Assembly: GCA_965603825.1 (NCBI GenBank)
Contig: CBFDEM010000050.1
Location: 62,001 to 126,000, forward strand
Source: Blepharisma stoltei ATCC 30299
Taxonomy: Eukaryota; Protista; Ciliophora
DNA length: 64,000 nt
Direction of reading: 5' to 3'
The notes under the pieces are model-generated. The model did no database searches. It was not told the DNA's origin and worked only from the letters and a program-made list of their open reading frames with translations. Positions 1 through 14,713 of the stretch are shown here, in pieces (within the stretch, counting starts at the first letter, position 1; every line of letters starts with the position of its first letter). Made by a program: the position numbers and the translations under genes.

Positions 1-3000
1 TTAAGAGTCCTTCTATCCCAGTCATCTGTAACTCTACCTCCATAATTGCACTCCCCAGCTAAATAGTTTAGGGCTTTATAAGGAATTGTTGTGTAGTTGT
101 CTATCATTAATTTCAGCTGTCTCATTGATATATTTAAATCTGAATCATTAAACTCATACTGCACATTCCACCCTAGCGCTCCAAATTTCTTTCTTTCCCT
201 TATCAAGCAATGGAAAAATGCTAACCCAAAAAATAATTTATGCCATTCCTCTGGTTTCTTGCTGCTTTCATATAGCAGCTTGTCCTCTTTTGACATATTA
301 ATCCTCTGATAAATGCTAATTAAATTATTTTTCAACCCTTTTGGAGGCTCATGTGTAATTTTTACTCCTTGTTGTAAAATTGTGATAGGGAATTTTTCAT
401 TACTTTTACAGGTCAGCCACAGTCTGAAATCAGGATTTATTGTTACCATTTTTTTTTCTCTGTCGGTTATAAGCCTTTCTAATAGTCCATCTAAATCTGG
501 CATCCATGATAATGCTAAATGACAGTTCTGCAACAGCACCCAGCTTCCTGAACTAATAGATTCCCTTATAATCCTGACTGCTTTTTCACCTTGAGCTTTA
601 CCTAAAGACAGTGAGGTCAAATTCATGTTATTTTCTGAGGCAAATCTTTTTAGGATAGATTGAGGGTCATTCCCACTAGTTAATATAAAAATTAACGGTG
701 TCAAAGGCTCGGATTCTGATAAGGCGTTTTCTAAGCTTAATAATGGAGGCTTTAAATAAAATTCCCCTAAATATTTTTTGATAAATGCATAGATAGCTTG
801 TGTCACATTTTCTGGCCTGATTACTCTGTACAATAGCAATTTTTCTATATCAGAATAAGTTTCTTGGCTATAAGGATCTGGGAGGTCTTGTACAAATTCG
901 TCAAATTCTGGAATTTTGGTGAATTCTCGGGTCGACAGAGAAAACTTTTTCCACTCTTCTATATTATTTTGAATATTTTCTTTAATTTGGGAAAATGCTG
1001 ATAAATAAGAAAGCTCACAAATCTCGTCCCAGACTTTGTCCTCAAAAGCTTCTTTAAACTGATTAATCGGGTGCTGTCTGGTTTCGTCTTCTGAGGTAAA
1101 CCCGCTAAGCCCAGTCAATAAAAATCTAAACTCATTCGAATCTAGCAGCCCATCATGCTGGAGAAGCCTAATTGCCATAAGAAAACTGAATAAAAATTTA
1201 TCCTTTTCTGACAAAGACATACAAATGCTTAAAAATAGCTCCTGTCTGAACGTCGATATCAAATTTTGTATCCTGGTCTGTATATTTTTTGAAGCCTGTG
1301 CCTTTCCAATAGACCTCACAAATAGTGAGCTAAACCATTCTAATGAGAAAAAATACATCGGGTCAATATTCACCATATCAGACACACAAAAATAAAGGAC
1401 TGAGCTTAAATCAGCGACAGGTCTATAATTGCTTTGGAATTCAAGAATTCTTTGTTCATTAGTCCTAGAGGTCTGCAGCTTTTTTTCTATTTCTTCAGCA
1501 GTGTCTTTAGAAACTGTTAATTGGTTAATCAGATTTTCGTCGTCTAAAATGGTATCTCCAGCTGATTGTAGCATTTTTAAGATCTGGTCTTCGATTTCTT
1601 GAAGTTTTTTCATAAAACTGGCATTTTGAATGACCAGGAAGTTTCGGTCTTTGGACTCTTTTGGAAGCTCTTTCATACAGACTAAGGATAAAAGCTGCTC
1701 GATGAGACCTTCTTGGGTGATGGTGAAATTTAGAATAGTGACACGGGAAGCGATTTCTGGGCCGTAATGAGGGTTTACTAGGCGAGTTGCCATGTAAAAC
1801 TTGAAGCGGGGGTCACACTGTTTTTGGGTATCACCGATTTTTACGAGATTTACACCGTTTTCTTCATAGAAATTTTTAGATAAAATAGGATCAAGAATTG
1901 GGTCAATTTTTTCGTCGACATTTTCTAAAATTAAAGTGGCGCCTACAAATAAGGCATTTTCCAAAGTTGTCATAAATTCTTCGAAAAATGGCTTTGTCAC
2001 TACAAGCTGGTCTCTTTCTTCTTGAGCTTTTTTCTTTAAAAATTTGACTGCTTGCCCTTGTGGGTCTATTATTAGTGGCCAATGTTTGGACCTTTCAATG
2101 ATCAAGGCATTTTCAATGGAAATTTTATCGTTTGGTAGACCATATAAAATCCAGTTTTGTATCAGAAGAGGGTCACCAACCACGTCTTTTAATGAAAAAT
2201 CTTCTGAGCAGGTGACTGATTTCAGGCTTGAAATATAAGGAATCCACTGTTTTTGCACTATTTGGTCTCTATAGCTGCCAATAAAATTCCCTAAATATGA
2301 TACAACCCCTGCTGACAAAACGATATCCCCCAGCAGATTTTTCATATTTTCCGTAAGCTCAGTTATCCTTTGTGACCATCTTTTCCTTTCCCCTCCCAAT
2401 TTCTCTATAAGTTTGACAGCTCTCGCCATTTTAAGCTCACATTTTTCAATATCAGATATCAATTGTTGCTTTTTGGCGTCTTTTTCTTCAAATTGCAGCT
2501 TAAGATTCCTTATTTGTTCTTCCACACCTTTAAGCAGCTGCTCTTTTTCTTGGAGAATTTTGAATTTTTCTGCCATAGTGTCGTTAGCTTTATTAAGGGC
2601 TTCTTGTTTAGGCTTTATATCTTTGCTGACATTAAAGTAATTTACCATAGCCATAACCCATTTACAGAGGCCTTCAGCAGCGTTTGATGCATTTTTTACA
2701 GTGCTGGGCTCAAATTTGGGGTTCGAGATATAAGGTTGTAGACGGTCAATTACTTCTTGAGTCAAGCTGTCTTTATTGAATTTTTTTAGTAATTGGATGA
2801 ATTTGGGATTGTTCATCATTTTTTTGCCGGCTTCAAAGAAATCGTAAATAAATTTAGATTTGTCGTTGGGGTCTGGGATTTTTATAGGCTTTTCTTGGTT
2901 TATTATGACGACAGCTTCTACGACAAGCTTGACTGCTACAGGAGGGTTTAGCATTTTTCTGACTTCATTGATTTCTTGTTTCTTTAGTGTTTTAAGGGCT

Positions 3001-6000
3001 CGCTTGGCTGCATCTAGCTCTGGAAGCGCCAGGCTTAATTTTTCTTCACACTCCTGCTTCATTTTTTCGGCAATTTCTGCTTGTACAGCTGACTCTTGTT
3101 GTTCTGCTGCAACTAGACTTCGAGTTTTATCAGCCTCAGCGTTTTGCCGCTGAATATTTTTCATGATTTCGTCTGTTTCTCTTGCACTTTCTATTAGAAC
3201 AGGCTTAAGCTCAATTAATTCTTTTTTGAGCTGTTCTACAATTTCTTGAGTATCGTCTAATTTCTGGACCCCAATCGTATATTTTTCTCTAAGAGCCATG
3301 GTAGTTTTCTTTTTATACTCATAAAGACCTTTAATATTCATGAGCAAATGCAAAAAGTTAGCAGGAGTTGCATGATTTCTTCTCATAGTTTCTATATAAT
3401 AAGTTTCAGAAAATTCCAGCACACTCTGATGGATATAAACACAAGTTTTATCCATTACTTCTTCAGCGTCAGTCCCAGTCAAAATTCCGCTTTCCCTCAC
3501 ATACTGTTTTGCTACAGTCACTAGTGCTTCTTCCGGCCACACATTAAATCAATCTATCGTACAGCAATTCACAAATGACGGAAACTGCCTTAACTTTTGA
3601 CGTAAATTTTCCCCTGTATCTGACATACTAAGCACAATATGAAGATTTTTCCTGCAATTTTTAACAAATTCCTCCCATCTCTCAATAGAAGTTTTTATTG
3701 AATTTCCTCTTTTTTCTCTCATTTGTTCAGCTATAAAGTCTTTTTCATCCGGAGTGTACAGATTTGGGACTTCTCCTGAGTTCAAAATATTATTTATATT
3801 TTCAAAATAAATATTTTTGTTTAAATCAGTGTCTTTTACTAGAAAAACTTGTTTTTGATTTTCCTGCCCAGCGCTATTAAACAGGTTTTTTAAGTCTTCT
3901 TTTCATTCTCCTATATCATAATATTTCGACATTTGTATTTGGAAAACATTATATTCCTGTATAAAAGCTGCAAGCTTGCATAAAGAAACCCTTCCGCTCC
4001 CTCCTATTCCTATAAGCAATGCATGCCCGCTTGGCAATGAAATTATCCTTGATATCCTTATAATATGATAAACTGCGTAGTCAAACATAATAAGTTCAGC
4101 ATTTCCTTTATGCTTAATACTATACTCATATAGCACCACTTCTAGCCTTTTTCTAGCAGCGTCTATCGTACTGACTTCTTGGTATACAGGCTCTTCTATA
4201 AAATTACAAAAAATAGGCTCATGGCCGCCTGTAATATTATCATAGTCCTCATGCATCCAATGCTGGAAAGTTTCTTTGAGTTTTCCAATAAAAATATTTT
4301 TGTCTTTGTCGTTAATAAGTCTGTCAGAAAAAACTCGTAAACATTCGTGGATCCAGAGCCGATAGAGGACTTCAATTATAGGAATTTTTACTGATGGGAC
4401 TGAAGTAATGCATAAGCAAATATTGGTGATGTCTCGCAGATTAAAGGTATAGTGGCTTTTAGCAGGGGTGGGAGGCAAGGCGGTGAGTACTTTGTGGTAG
4501 ATGTCAATTGTGGCGGATGCGATAGAGATTATGGCACTTTTAACAAATTGGGAATGCTCTTGGAAACCGAGGTGCAAGTAAGAGGTAAAAATATTTTCTA
4601 AGGATTCTTTGTTAAATTCTGTAAAATCAAGTAAACAAAAATGACGAGTCATTCGTGATGAAATACGGTTACGGCCACCACCTGGATGTCCCATAGCTCC
4701 TAAATATATCATGTCTTCTAGTATTTTTAAATCACATGTTTCTCTATCAAACCACTCACATCGATCAATAGCTTGCCGTAATATTTCAATAGCTGGCTGT
4801 GCACCATATTGCTCTTTGGCAGGCATATTTAGGTCATCAATCATGACAATACAATGTTTCCCGAGCTCAGGGCCATAGTAGCCTTTTTTCCTTTTAATTA
4901 TTTTTGACTCAATAATATCTTGAACTTGATTGCAAGATGATTGGGCACTTAACGTACTCATGACATTTATATTTTTCTGTGGGTCAAGCTCATATATAAA
5001 TTTCTTAGCGATGACACTTTTACCAGTCCCAGTGGCTCCTGTAATAAGCACATGGTTTCCTCTTGGCACCAGCTTATTTAGCAGATACAAATAAGCAGCT
5101 GTATCTTCAGTAGGGACAATTAGCGAGCTTAGCTCATGGACTTTTTCCTTAGGAGCTTTCAGCACCATTTCATGCCAAGTCGACCACAGCTTTTTTTCAT
5201 AGTTATAATACATAGAAAAAGCATTGTTTTTATGGTAAATTTCGTCAAGCTCTTTAGAAGCATCAAGACCTTCTGCTCCTTTTCTACCTAGACTTCTAGA
5301 ATAAAGGTCACTTAAAAATTCACTGAATTGGCTTCTCCCATTTTCATTGCTTATACACCCTAAACTCCAGGTCAACGCAAATAAAAAAAAGCACAACACC
5401 TCAGATTTTTGTGCTTTTCCTATATCTTTAGCATTCAATACAAATTCACTTGTCAATAAATTTTCTTTTTTTGTGTATCTCTGGGTCAGTTTGCGTAGCG
5501 GGGTTCTGCCTTGGTCTACTACTGAAGAAAGTCTAGATACTTGTTTCCTTACGATTGAGCCTTGGGCAGTCTGCTTACGATTGTATTCAGTAATATCATC
5601 ATTAAGCTTGGCTTTACTTTTGCTTGATTTTAGCAGCAGTGCTTCAAAAACCTTTAATAAACTGCTGACAAGCCACAGTTTTGAAACTCCAAGTACTTTA
5701 GGGAAGCTTTTATTATTCATTACAAAATTCAGGCAGGGTTCTACAAAATATCCTACAATTTCTCTTATCAGACTTATATATGCTGGAGCTCTATAAGCAA
5801 TTGGCAAAGACTTTAGCCATTTTTCAAAAATTACTTTTCAGCCTAAGACGTCGTCTTGGTCAACATAAATCATCCCACATCTGCTTACGGTTGCAGGACT
5901 AGCATGATCTAAATTTTCGACTTCAAAGAGCATGCTGATCATTGGGGTAAGTTTAATGATTTCTCCACTGCTGAGACAAAGCTTTTTATTGTCATCAAGC

Positions 6001-9000
6001 ACTGTGTTCATATTTTCTATCCAAATAGCATCGACTGGCCCATCCATAATAAGCCATTTTAAGTTGTTAGTTTGGCTTTCCACAAAATGCAGGAGGTAAT
6101 GGCTGAGGATTCCATAGACCCATTCTCGGTTATAGGGGTTGGCATCACCATAGAGCTGTTCTAAAGTGACTGATTTGGGGTTTATTCAGACTATTTGGAC
6201 TTTATTAGCTTTGGGATCATCAAAAGCATTCTTCATGCTCAAAACTTTTTCTAGAACTTTAATTATAGACGACTTTCCAGACATTGCATTTCCTACAAGC
6301 ATCATTCCATGCCTAATCTGTATAATATCATAAAGCTGCAATACTTTAGTCACAAACTCTTTTTTCCACACAAGCCCAAGCTCTTCTAATACATCATAAA
6401 TGAGTGAGTTCATTTCAGAATTTTCTGCTTCTTCTAATTCAATCTGTGGGAATAAATCACTTGTGATGCCTAAAAACAGTGGAACATCTTCAATTAGGAA
6501 TTTTGGGACATTACTATCTTGTATTGCTTGCAGAACAATTTGGTCTTCGTCTTCTTCTGGCCTATCCCTTTTTAAAGCTCCAGCTCTCTTAATAATTGTG
6601 CTTACAGCCCTCATCCCATAATCATAATGCTTCTGGCTGCTTAGCTGCTCACTTGCTAATCTTAAGCTTGTTATAAATTTTACTGCAAGTCTTCTAGCAT
6701 CTTTAAACCCATAGGAATACAAATAAATTTCTGCTATCATGGAATAGTCAGGAATCATCATAGCGACAGGTCTAAATAATGCTTTTAAGTTGTCAGGAAG
6801 TTCAGATCTCCCTGCATACCCAGGGTTCATAGTAATAAAAATAGCACAGCTGTTATCAAGCTTAATCCAGTCATCCTCAAACCTGAATTTCGGCATATTT
6901 TTCATAAGCCCGACCTGTATCATCATAATTTGTTCAGCAATTACAGAAAGGACTTCTTGCTCTATTCTATTAAATTCATCAAAACAAGCCCACGCGCCAC
7001 AGTGGCAAAGTCCTATAAAGAACTTTGCCATTGAGATGTGGTCAAGTTTATCTGAGCAGTTAAAGACGACGCATTTTTTAGCAAGGGATTTGGCAAGATC
7101 TTTGGTGGTTTCTGTTTTCCCTGTACCAGCAGGGCCTTCTGGAGCGCCCCCTAAATTGAGACGAATAGCTCCCATAAGAGTACGATAGCATCTGTCAGTT
7201 AAAGGTGTCATTACAAGTCTTCCTTGATTTCCTAGGTATTCGTAGCCATATTCGCGCTCTGTGTCGATCATTTTGACTGAGACTGTGTCACTTTGGAGAT
7301 AATATCTGAGATGTTGAAGCCATTCAAAGTCACTGATGTCTTTGACTTTGTTATTGTATAAGCTTTCTATGACGTCTTTATTGTGGACGTCAAGGACGAC
7401 TAATGCACTGATGGTAATCCTGGTTTCGTCTGAGAGGTCTTGGCGGACAATTTCTACGATATCAATCAGTCGATCTGATTCTTCTGATAAGAGCTTTTTC
7501 AAGGATTCATATCCATTTTTAATAGCATCCTCACAGTTGTTTGTTCAAAACACCATATTTAGTGCATGTATCAGCTGTGATGGCCAGCTTTGTATTCACT
7601 GAAGGTAGCCTTTATTTCCTTTATCTGCTGCACAGTTAACCATTAGCTTCCTCAGCGTTTTTTTCATCATTTTTTCAATTTCATTCATCCATTCTTCTAC
7701 ATATTTAAACTTTTTTTCTTCCTTATTCTCAAATACAGAAATTTTGTCTAAAAACATGACTTCTTCTCCTTCAATACTCTTCATACCAATTATATCATTT
7801 TCATCATTAAATACAAGCGTATTAATGCCTTCAAAGCATTTTCCTATATATTTTTGCACAATATCTAGTTCTCTTGCATTTGAAAGAATTGCTAAAAGTT
7901 CTTCATTTGCAAGAAAATAAAATCTCCCGAATGCTTTTCGCTTGATATTAAGATAATCATTTAAAGATTTCATAATAATATCAAGGGTGCTGTTGCTGTA
8001 TTTTAGCTGCTCATGGAGTTTTGGGTTGCTAAATGTGACTTCTAGCACTAATGGGCTGTAATTTACTTGATTCATCATAGTTTCCCACATGAAATTAATA
8101 TGCCCAAACTTTCCAGCTTGTTCTGGCAGCTCATTTGATATATCAGGGTTCATAAAAATAGGTGCTAGATATATCCAATACCCCTGCATTTTTTCTCATT
8201 CATCAAGAATATCTTGTAACTTCACAAGCCCATTTTTCCAGGCATGCATTTCTTTCGCCATAAACTCAATATAAGGAGAATTGCACATAGAAATTGTTTT
8301 GACGAGGTTATCGTCAATAAGATCCCAAATAGGCTGATTGTTCTCGATGATGAAGATTTTTGTATCTTTGTAAGGAACTAATCGGAATTTCATGTCGTCC
8401 CATTCTTTTTCCATTTTTATTTTTGCGTTTTCTAAGGCGAGTTCTCTTGTCGCCCTTTCAGAAATATCCTCAATGTCATCTTGATACTCCATAATTCCTT
8501 GCTCAATAAGTGTTTCCATAGAAATATTCAGATGTTTGGTTAAGCTTAGCCCAGTTTTCTTTTGTAGCAATTCCCAATGTCTATCTCTTAGCCCAGGGTT
8601 TCTTAAATCTTTTATAATCGGAACATAAGGAGCAAACTTATTAACCTCTTCAAGCAGCGAAGTTGTAAGTTTAAGGCCTGCCGGCTGATCTTTAAAGGTA
8701 TTTCTCTGCATTCTAGTAAGCTCTGTCAAATACAGCTCGATTTCTGCATTTATTGATTCTCTGTCAAGCTCTCCTAAGTGTCCTTTCATCCATATAGGAA
8801 GATGCTCAAAGAAGTCTCTGATATAAAACCACAATTTACAAGATGGAGTAAATTCTAATTTCACTGAGTCCAAAACTTTGAAATCTGTGCTTCGGATTCC
8901 TACAATCCCTTCTCTTACATTAATAACTTTGCCAAATTCAATAGCTTTATCAATTCTGTCCCTTAACGACCCAAATGCATTGCTGACTTCTTCGAACTTT

Positions 9001-12000
9001 TCTATATCTTTTTCTTTTTTCAAGTCAAATAATAAGTCACGAATATCTTCAATTTCTTTAATTATAGCATATTGGCTTTCAGTCAGCTGTACTGCAAAGT
9101 CCCTTTCTTTTAACCTTATAGTCCTTTCACATGTTTTCTTGTACTTCATTGTTCGTTTGGCAAGTCCAAAAGCTTCCCAAGTCCTATAATAAAGATCGTC
9201 ATCTATACGGATTCCATAGTCTTCTAGTGTTTCAGTAATCCCAAAAAGCTGCCCTAAAATGTTACTGACGTATTCTAAACGTTCCCCAAGATGGGTTGCG
9301 ATGAAGTTTTTCATGTCGTTGAGCTCTTCTAAATTTGCAGGCTCGTGGGCTATGATTTCAATGATTTCTTTTTCTTGTTCTTCTACCTTAGCGACGTGGT
9401 CTTTTGCTTTTGTTAGCATTAAGGTTTCAAGCTCTGTTAATATTTTTTTTATTTTATTTTTTAATTGTTTCTGAACTTGGTCAATTTTAATCACAAAAAG
9501 TCCACAGTATAACCGTTCTTTTTTCCCAAAAATTAATTCAAGGCTTTCTGATGCTTCTTTACATCTATTAATTTCATAGTCAATTGCTTCAATTTTGAAT
9601 TTTTGCTCAAATTTCTGCTTTAGGCCTTTGACAGACAGCCCTATAAGAAATTCAAAAGGTTTCAGCATCTGTAGCAAGCTATAAGGGACTGTTCACAGCT
9701 CATCGACAAGTATTTTTATTTCATTTGTGACGTTAAATACAAATTCGTCGTTGTCTTCTACAACTCTTATAAGATTAGGGTCTCTGGCAGCACCTAACTC
9801 ACTAGTTTCAATGCTGGGGACTGCTTGGATTTCTTTGGTTGCAGAATATATGATATCATCAATGGCCTCTTGGATGTCCTCAAGACTAGGGTCAATAATA
9901 AAATTCCCATCGTTTTCAGTTTTTTTTGTCATAAGAACGCATTTAAAATAGGGGCGTTTTCGGTTTTTTTTATCCCATTCTTCGTTGGTGAATATTTTGA
10001 GCATTTCTTTGGACGGGATTCTTTCACATGGAATGCCGATATTCATAGAAGTGAAAAGCATATCTTTAATTTCGTGAAGCTGATCACGGAGATTTAATAA
10101 TGATCGCTCTAAGCATATTCTCATTTCACGCTCAAAGCCAAGATTGCAAAGACAAAGTAGCTTTCTCAGCCTTACAATAATTTCTGGTGCTAGCTGGTGT
10201 TCTAAATCAATGCTTTGATTTTCATATGCCCTCGCCATTATTTTTGCATTATTTCTCCCAATTCTTTCTTCATTAGCTTTATTGATGATATCTTGTATTC
10301 CAAACTGTGTATCAAACATAATATTTCTAAGCTCTCTTATCGTGTTCAAAGTCTCTACCTTATGCATTCTTACCATTTTTTCAAGCTTATAAGGTACCAT
10401 ATAGAATGTATTAAAAAGCATCAAATTTTTAAATTCAATAATCTGCTGGTTTTGTTTTACCAAAATATTTAAAGTATCAGGAAATGCTTGATGCAGGTTT
10501 TCTGAAATATATTGAACTCTTTCCCAGAAATCAAAGCCCAGCTTTTCTATTACCCCTATTCTATTTGTGTCATAATTTTTTTCGCTATAAGGTATGAATT
10601 TTTCAGGGGGTAAAATTTCGCAGAATAAATCTTGTTTTTCTTTATTGTATGGGAGATCAGCTTCAAATTCCATTTTATGCTGGGCGTACATGAAATTTTC
10701 TTCTACTTCGTTGATTAGACTGACTATTTGTGGAGGGTTTAATTGGAATGGATTTTTCATGATTTTTGTTGTTAAGACTATAGGAGCTAAATGATCGTAA
10801 TATCTATCTTTATATTCATCTATGCTGCCAAGGCCAATTTTTTTATATTGCATTGTTTCTTCTATTAGATGGGTAATTTCAGATTTTCATAGATGGTTTC
10901 GTGGATCATGGTGAATATGTGCTGGATACCTACGGAATTCCATTGGAACTCTATAATAATTTAAAAGCGAACTATTAAACTTCGGCTTTAGACGATTTAT
11001 TACAGCTTCAACCATTCTTAGCGGCATAGAAACAGTCGGGGACGTCATTCCTGTGATAATATTCGTATACTTCATAATAATTTCAGCTAAATCTCTGAAT
11101 TTTCCTGCAATTTTCAGTCTTTCTTCAAAATGCGCTTCAGTTTCATGCAAAAGGCGTAAATTGATCCTTGATACATTTTTTTCGCTTCCATTAGGCCATA
11201 ATACAACATATCTATCAATATCATTATTATACCTCAAAATTTCGCATTCTTTCCACTCATAACTTCCATCAGGATAAAACCATTTGGAATATGCCTTTGC
11301 TTTCCCATACCTTTGTTTCACACTTTTTATAAACTCTTCACCAGGCCCGAGCTCAGACTCAGGGTCATACATTTCTAAAGGCAAAAATTTGGTATTTTCT
11401 GTTCTCCCTATTTCTTCTATGGCTCCAGCAATAAATACATTTAAAGGCGCAGTTACCGTGAACCCTGGGTTTTCTTCATTTGGGTCTCTTTTTCTTGGTA
11501 CATTAGAAAAGTCCTTTTTTTCAATTTTTTCGTCAAATTTTTTAGTCTCATTAAGCAAGTTTGTAGGGCTTAGCTGCTTAATTTTAGATGGACTCTGGGC
11601 AGTGCTTGGTCTTGACGAAATTAAGCCTCGTGTTTTGGATTTTCTTACAATATAATCTGGCTTCGGCGCTTTGCGAGGTTCTCTATTTCTAGCTGCTGTC
11701 CAATCTTGTATAGGTGCAATCCCTGATTTTCTGATAATTCCAGCTGTAGTAGGCCTTGATGATGAAAATAAGCTGGAATACCTTGAATCAGGCCTTGGGG
11801 GAGCTTCATCACTGAGCATTGCTAAGCTGCTTGAAGTCAATAAATGAGGTATCTGTGGCTTTGTGATATTTCTTAATTGAGTTGTTAAAATAAGCTCGCC
11901 TTGGGTTTCTTCATTTTGTTCATCTCTGATAGGACTGGTTTTCGCTGAATCTCTTGAAAATAGTCCTCTGTTTGTAGGCATAGGCCTGGCTGAGTCTCTG

Positions 12001-12323
12001 GAAAACGTAGGTCTATATGTCATTATATTAGGCATGCTTCTTTGTGAAACTAATGTTGTAGAGGATGATAAAAGGCCCGTTTGCATAAATTCAGACAGAA
12101 GCATTTCACGAGAGGGGTTTTCTTGTAAAGTCCGAGAAAAGACTGCAAATTCTCCTGGGCGTGGAATAACAGGTCCTGATCCGCCTGATGTAATTTTTTC
12201 TAAAGCTTCGTGCTTTTGTTGGACTTCTTGGAATTTCAGGTAGTTTGAGACTGCAGCTGAGTGTCTTTGGTATCTTGATGACTTGGGCCTGTTGGAGTGT
12301 TTCTTCTTGGGTGGTTCAGTCAT
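1..12323 (-). CDS. Axonemal dynein heavy chain, DNAH1-like inner-arm type (3' end runs off the window)
   Basis: Eight track ORFs (10887..12323 to 3549..3785) share one frame and are separated only by TGA. AAA1 P-loop [21 protein letters not shown]; AAA2 [32 protein letters not shown]; AAA3 GATGTGKS; AAA4 GIGGSGR; [13 protein letters not shown] at the window edge. N-terminal FLPLEMYD...W..CEILRY...VSRINL resembles DNAH1. Confidence 0.95.
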
Positions 12324-12443
12324 ATTTTAAAGTTTATATAAGTTACAGTATTTTTGAATTTTAGTTGTATAGCAGAATAAAATCTGTTTCTATATAAGAT
12401 AGAGGTTAAAATAGCTTCATTTATTTCCATTATTAATTATTTC

Positions 12444-14009
12444 ATGATCTTTCCTAAAACACATAAACCAAAAGCCAAAAGTTTTGGAATTATGCCAAAA
12501 GAATTTTACGATGATCAAGTTTCACAGCTGATTTCTCATGATAAATTCCCTACTGAAGAAGTTAATAAGCCCAGCAAGAGAAGGGTCAGTAGTTACATTG
12601 GCATCTATAACGTACAATTATGCCCAAATAAAGCAATTACAAAAAGCAAAAGCACTAAGAATTTAAATAAAGAAATCATAATAAAGACAATTGAAAATCC
12701 GACTCAGACATTAGGAAGAGTTACAACAGCATCCACAAAAACAGGAACTATTGCCCCATCCACATTTAACACTTTTAGAATGCCAGAAGAAGCTAAATCA
12801 AAATCTAGTGAATTAAAGCTTAAAAGACTTAAAGATATAAAAAGCGCAATTTTAAGGACAAAAAGTGACCAGCTAGAAATCATCAGAGACATTGCTACAT
12901 ATGAAAACTATTTGTGTGATGAAATTGACTTCATTACCAAAATTTCAAGGATAAATCAACAATTGCAGCATCTACCTGAAGCCTATGAAAAACAGAAAAA
13001 AATAGATGAAAAATATACTGAAATTACAGATATTTTTAAAGAAAAACTAAAAAATTTTCTGGTTGATTTAGATCATGAAAAGTCTCATTTTTCAAAACCT
13101 TTTGTTAATGAAAAATATGCCATTCGTCCAATTGAGACAATTCGACATATGAAGCTGATTTTTGCTTGTCCTGCAAAAATCTCAGGAATTTATGGTGTTC
13201 TCAAAGTTTTCGGCAATGGATTATATAATAAATTTTCCATTACGTTTTTGCGTGACTCTGAGTTTTGTTTAGAGCTAAAGCTGACACATGACTTGATAGA
13301 GCTGGATAAAACTCTTTCATCAAAGCCTACAGTAGAAAAATTTAAAAAATTGATATTGCCTCATTTATATATAATTTTGCGTCGGCAAAATTACCAACTG
13401 CTATGAGACCAATTTCACTCTAAAGAATTTTTAGTATCAATAATAAGCATCAAAGGGAAAAAAGGCCCTCTGATGATCCGAATTGACCAAAGCGAGCCTG
13501 ATAAAGTTGATCTTGCCTTTACCAACCCAAATTTTTCTTTACAAGTAGACCTCACCCAGATAACAAAAAAGAAAAATCTTTTCTTGACCCCTCACAAGCA
13601 GCTTTTTAAGAAGCTTACATCTCATATTGTTTATAAAGAAGAAACAGGGATCTTTAAATGATACAAGAATGCTTCCTTATTTTTTACTGAAAAAGAAGAA
13701 AATTCGAAATTTTTAGACATGGAATATGTCCATCAACACTTAGGTGTGGTTCCATATACGTTTGAAACAGAAATTACGACAAAAATAGACGAAATTGAAT
13801 TTAAAATTATTATTTTGTCATATAAAGACTATGAAAAAGCTGAAATTCATAGAGGGGAAGATGTTAAAGAAATTCTGTTTGATTCACAGGATTATAGGTT
13901 TATTAAGGATTTGCAAGGGTCGAGGTTATCAACAAATATTGTAACGATATCGAAAAGTATTGAGTTTAAGAAGACGATGAAAAAGCTTTTTAATGTATTT
14001 GAAACTTAA
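12444..14009 (+). CDS. Hypothetical protein (~521 aa, 2 internal TGA=Trp)
   Basis: Three same-frame ORFs joined across TGA; ends TAA; divergent from the dynein gene. Confidence 0.75.
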
Positions 14010-14204
14010 TTTTGCTAATTTAATTGATTAGTTTTTAATTTTACTCGAATTTTAGATTTTTGCTAGATAAATAAAAGAAAAATAAAGATAGAATTTTTTA
14101 AGAGCCGATAAGCAATGAACATATATAATAATCGTATAGATTTTAAAGAATTAATAGCAGATATCTCTTTTAAGATATACAGCTGGCAATTTTTGTTATA
14201 AAGT

Positions 14205-14453
14205 TTAGCTTAATGATTTATCTTCAAGAAAATTCTTCATCAAAATCATTCTATCCACACATGCATAATACTTTTCTAGCAGCTGCTCCCTACATGTTGG
14301 ATCATTAAATCCTCTTGTGTCTGTGCAAGTTTGTCATTTATTATACCTCTTTTTGCACTTAGATTCCTGTTGTGTGTAGTCATTTTCTGAGCATTCTATT
14401 TGCTTATGAGGGGATCTTTTGGAACTCCAAGAATCAAAAAAATTCCATGACAT
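14205..14453 (-). CDS. Small Cys-motif (CX9C/CX10C, CHCH-like) protein, 82 aa, absent from the ORF track
   Basis: ATG at 14453 to TAA at 14205 with one TGA. Translation includes CKKRYNK(W)QTC-TDTRGFNDPT-CREQLLEKYYAC. Confidence 0.7.
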
Positions 14454-14713
14454 TCTGATACAAAATAAATATAAATGAAACTTGTATAGGGAGATTTAGA
14501 TTTTTGAACTTTCTAATCAGAAGGTTAATTTTGTTAAAATGGAATTGTGTCTAGTATAAATCATGAGTTGATTGTAAGGAGTTTTGCATGATAAAATAGA
14601 TAGATTTTTGATAATTAGTTTTAAAGTATAATTTATTATATAAATCGCTTTAATTTGGCCTAATAAAAATAGAATTATCTAATTTTCACAAATTAATATT
14701 AATTACATAGACG

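Noticed and set aside
97-12243. Numerous + strand ORFs over the dynein gene, and similar antisense ORFs elsewhere
   Set aside because: Ser/Phe/Leu/Ile-rich antisense shadows of real coding strands, with no motifs
1-12323. Dynein and other genes as pseudogenes or many separate short genes
   Set aside because: All breaks are same-frame TGA, many at conserved Trp positions, with no frameshifts or TAA/TAG breaks; explained by the genetic code
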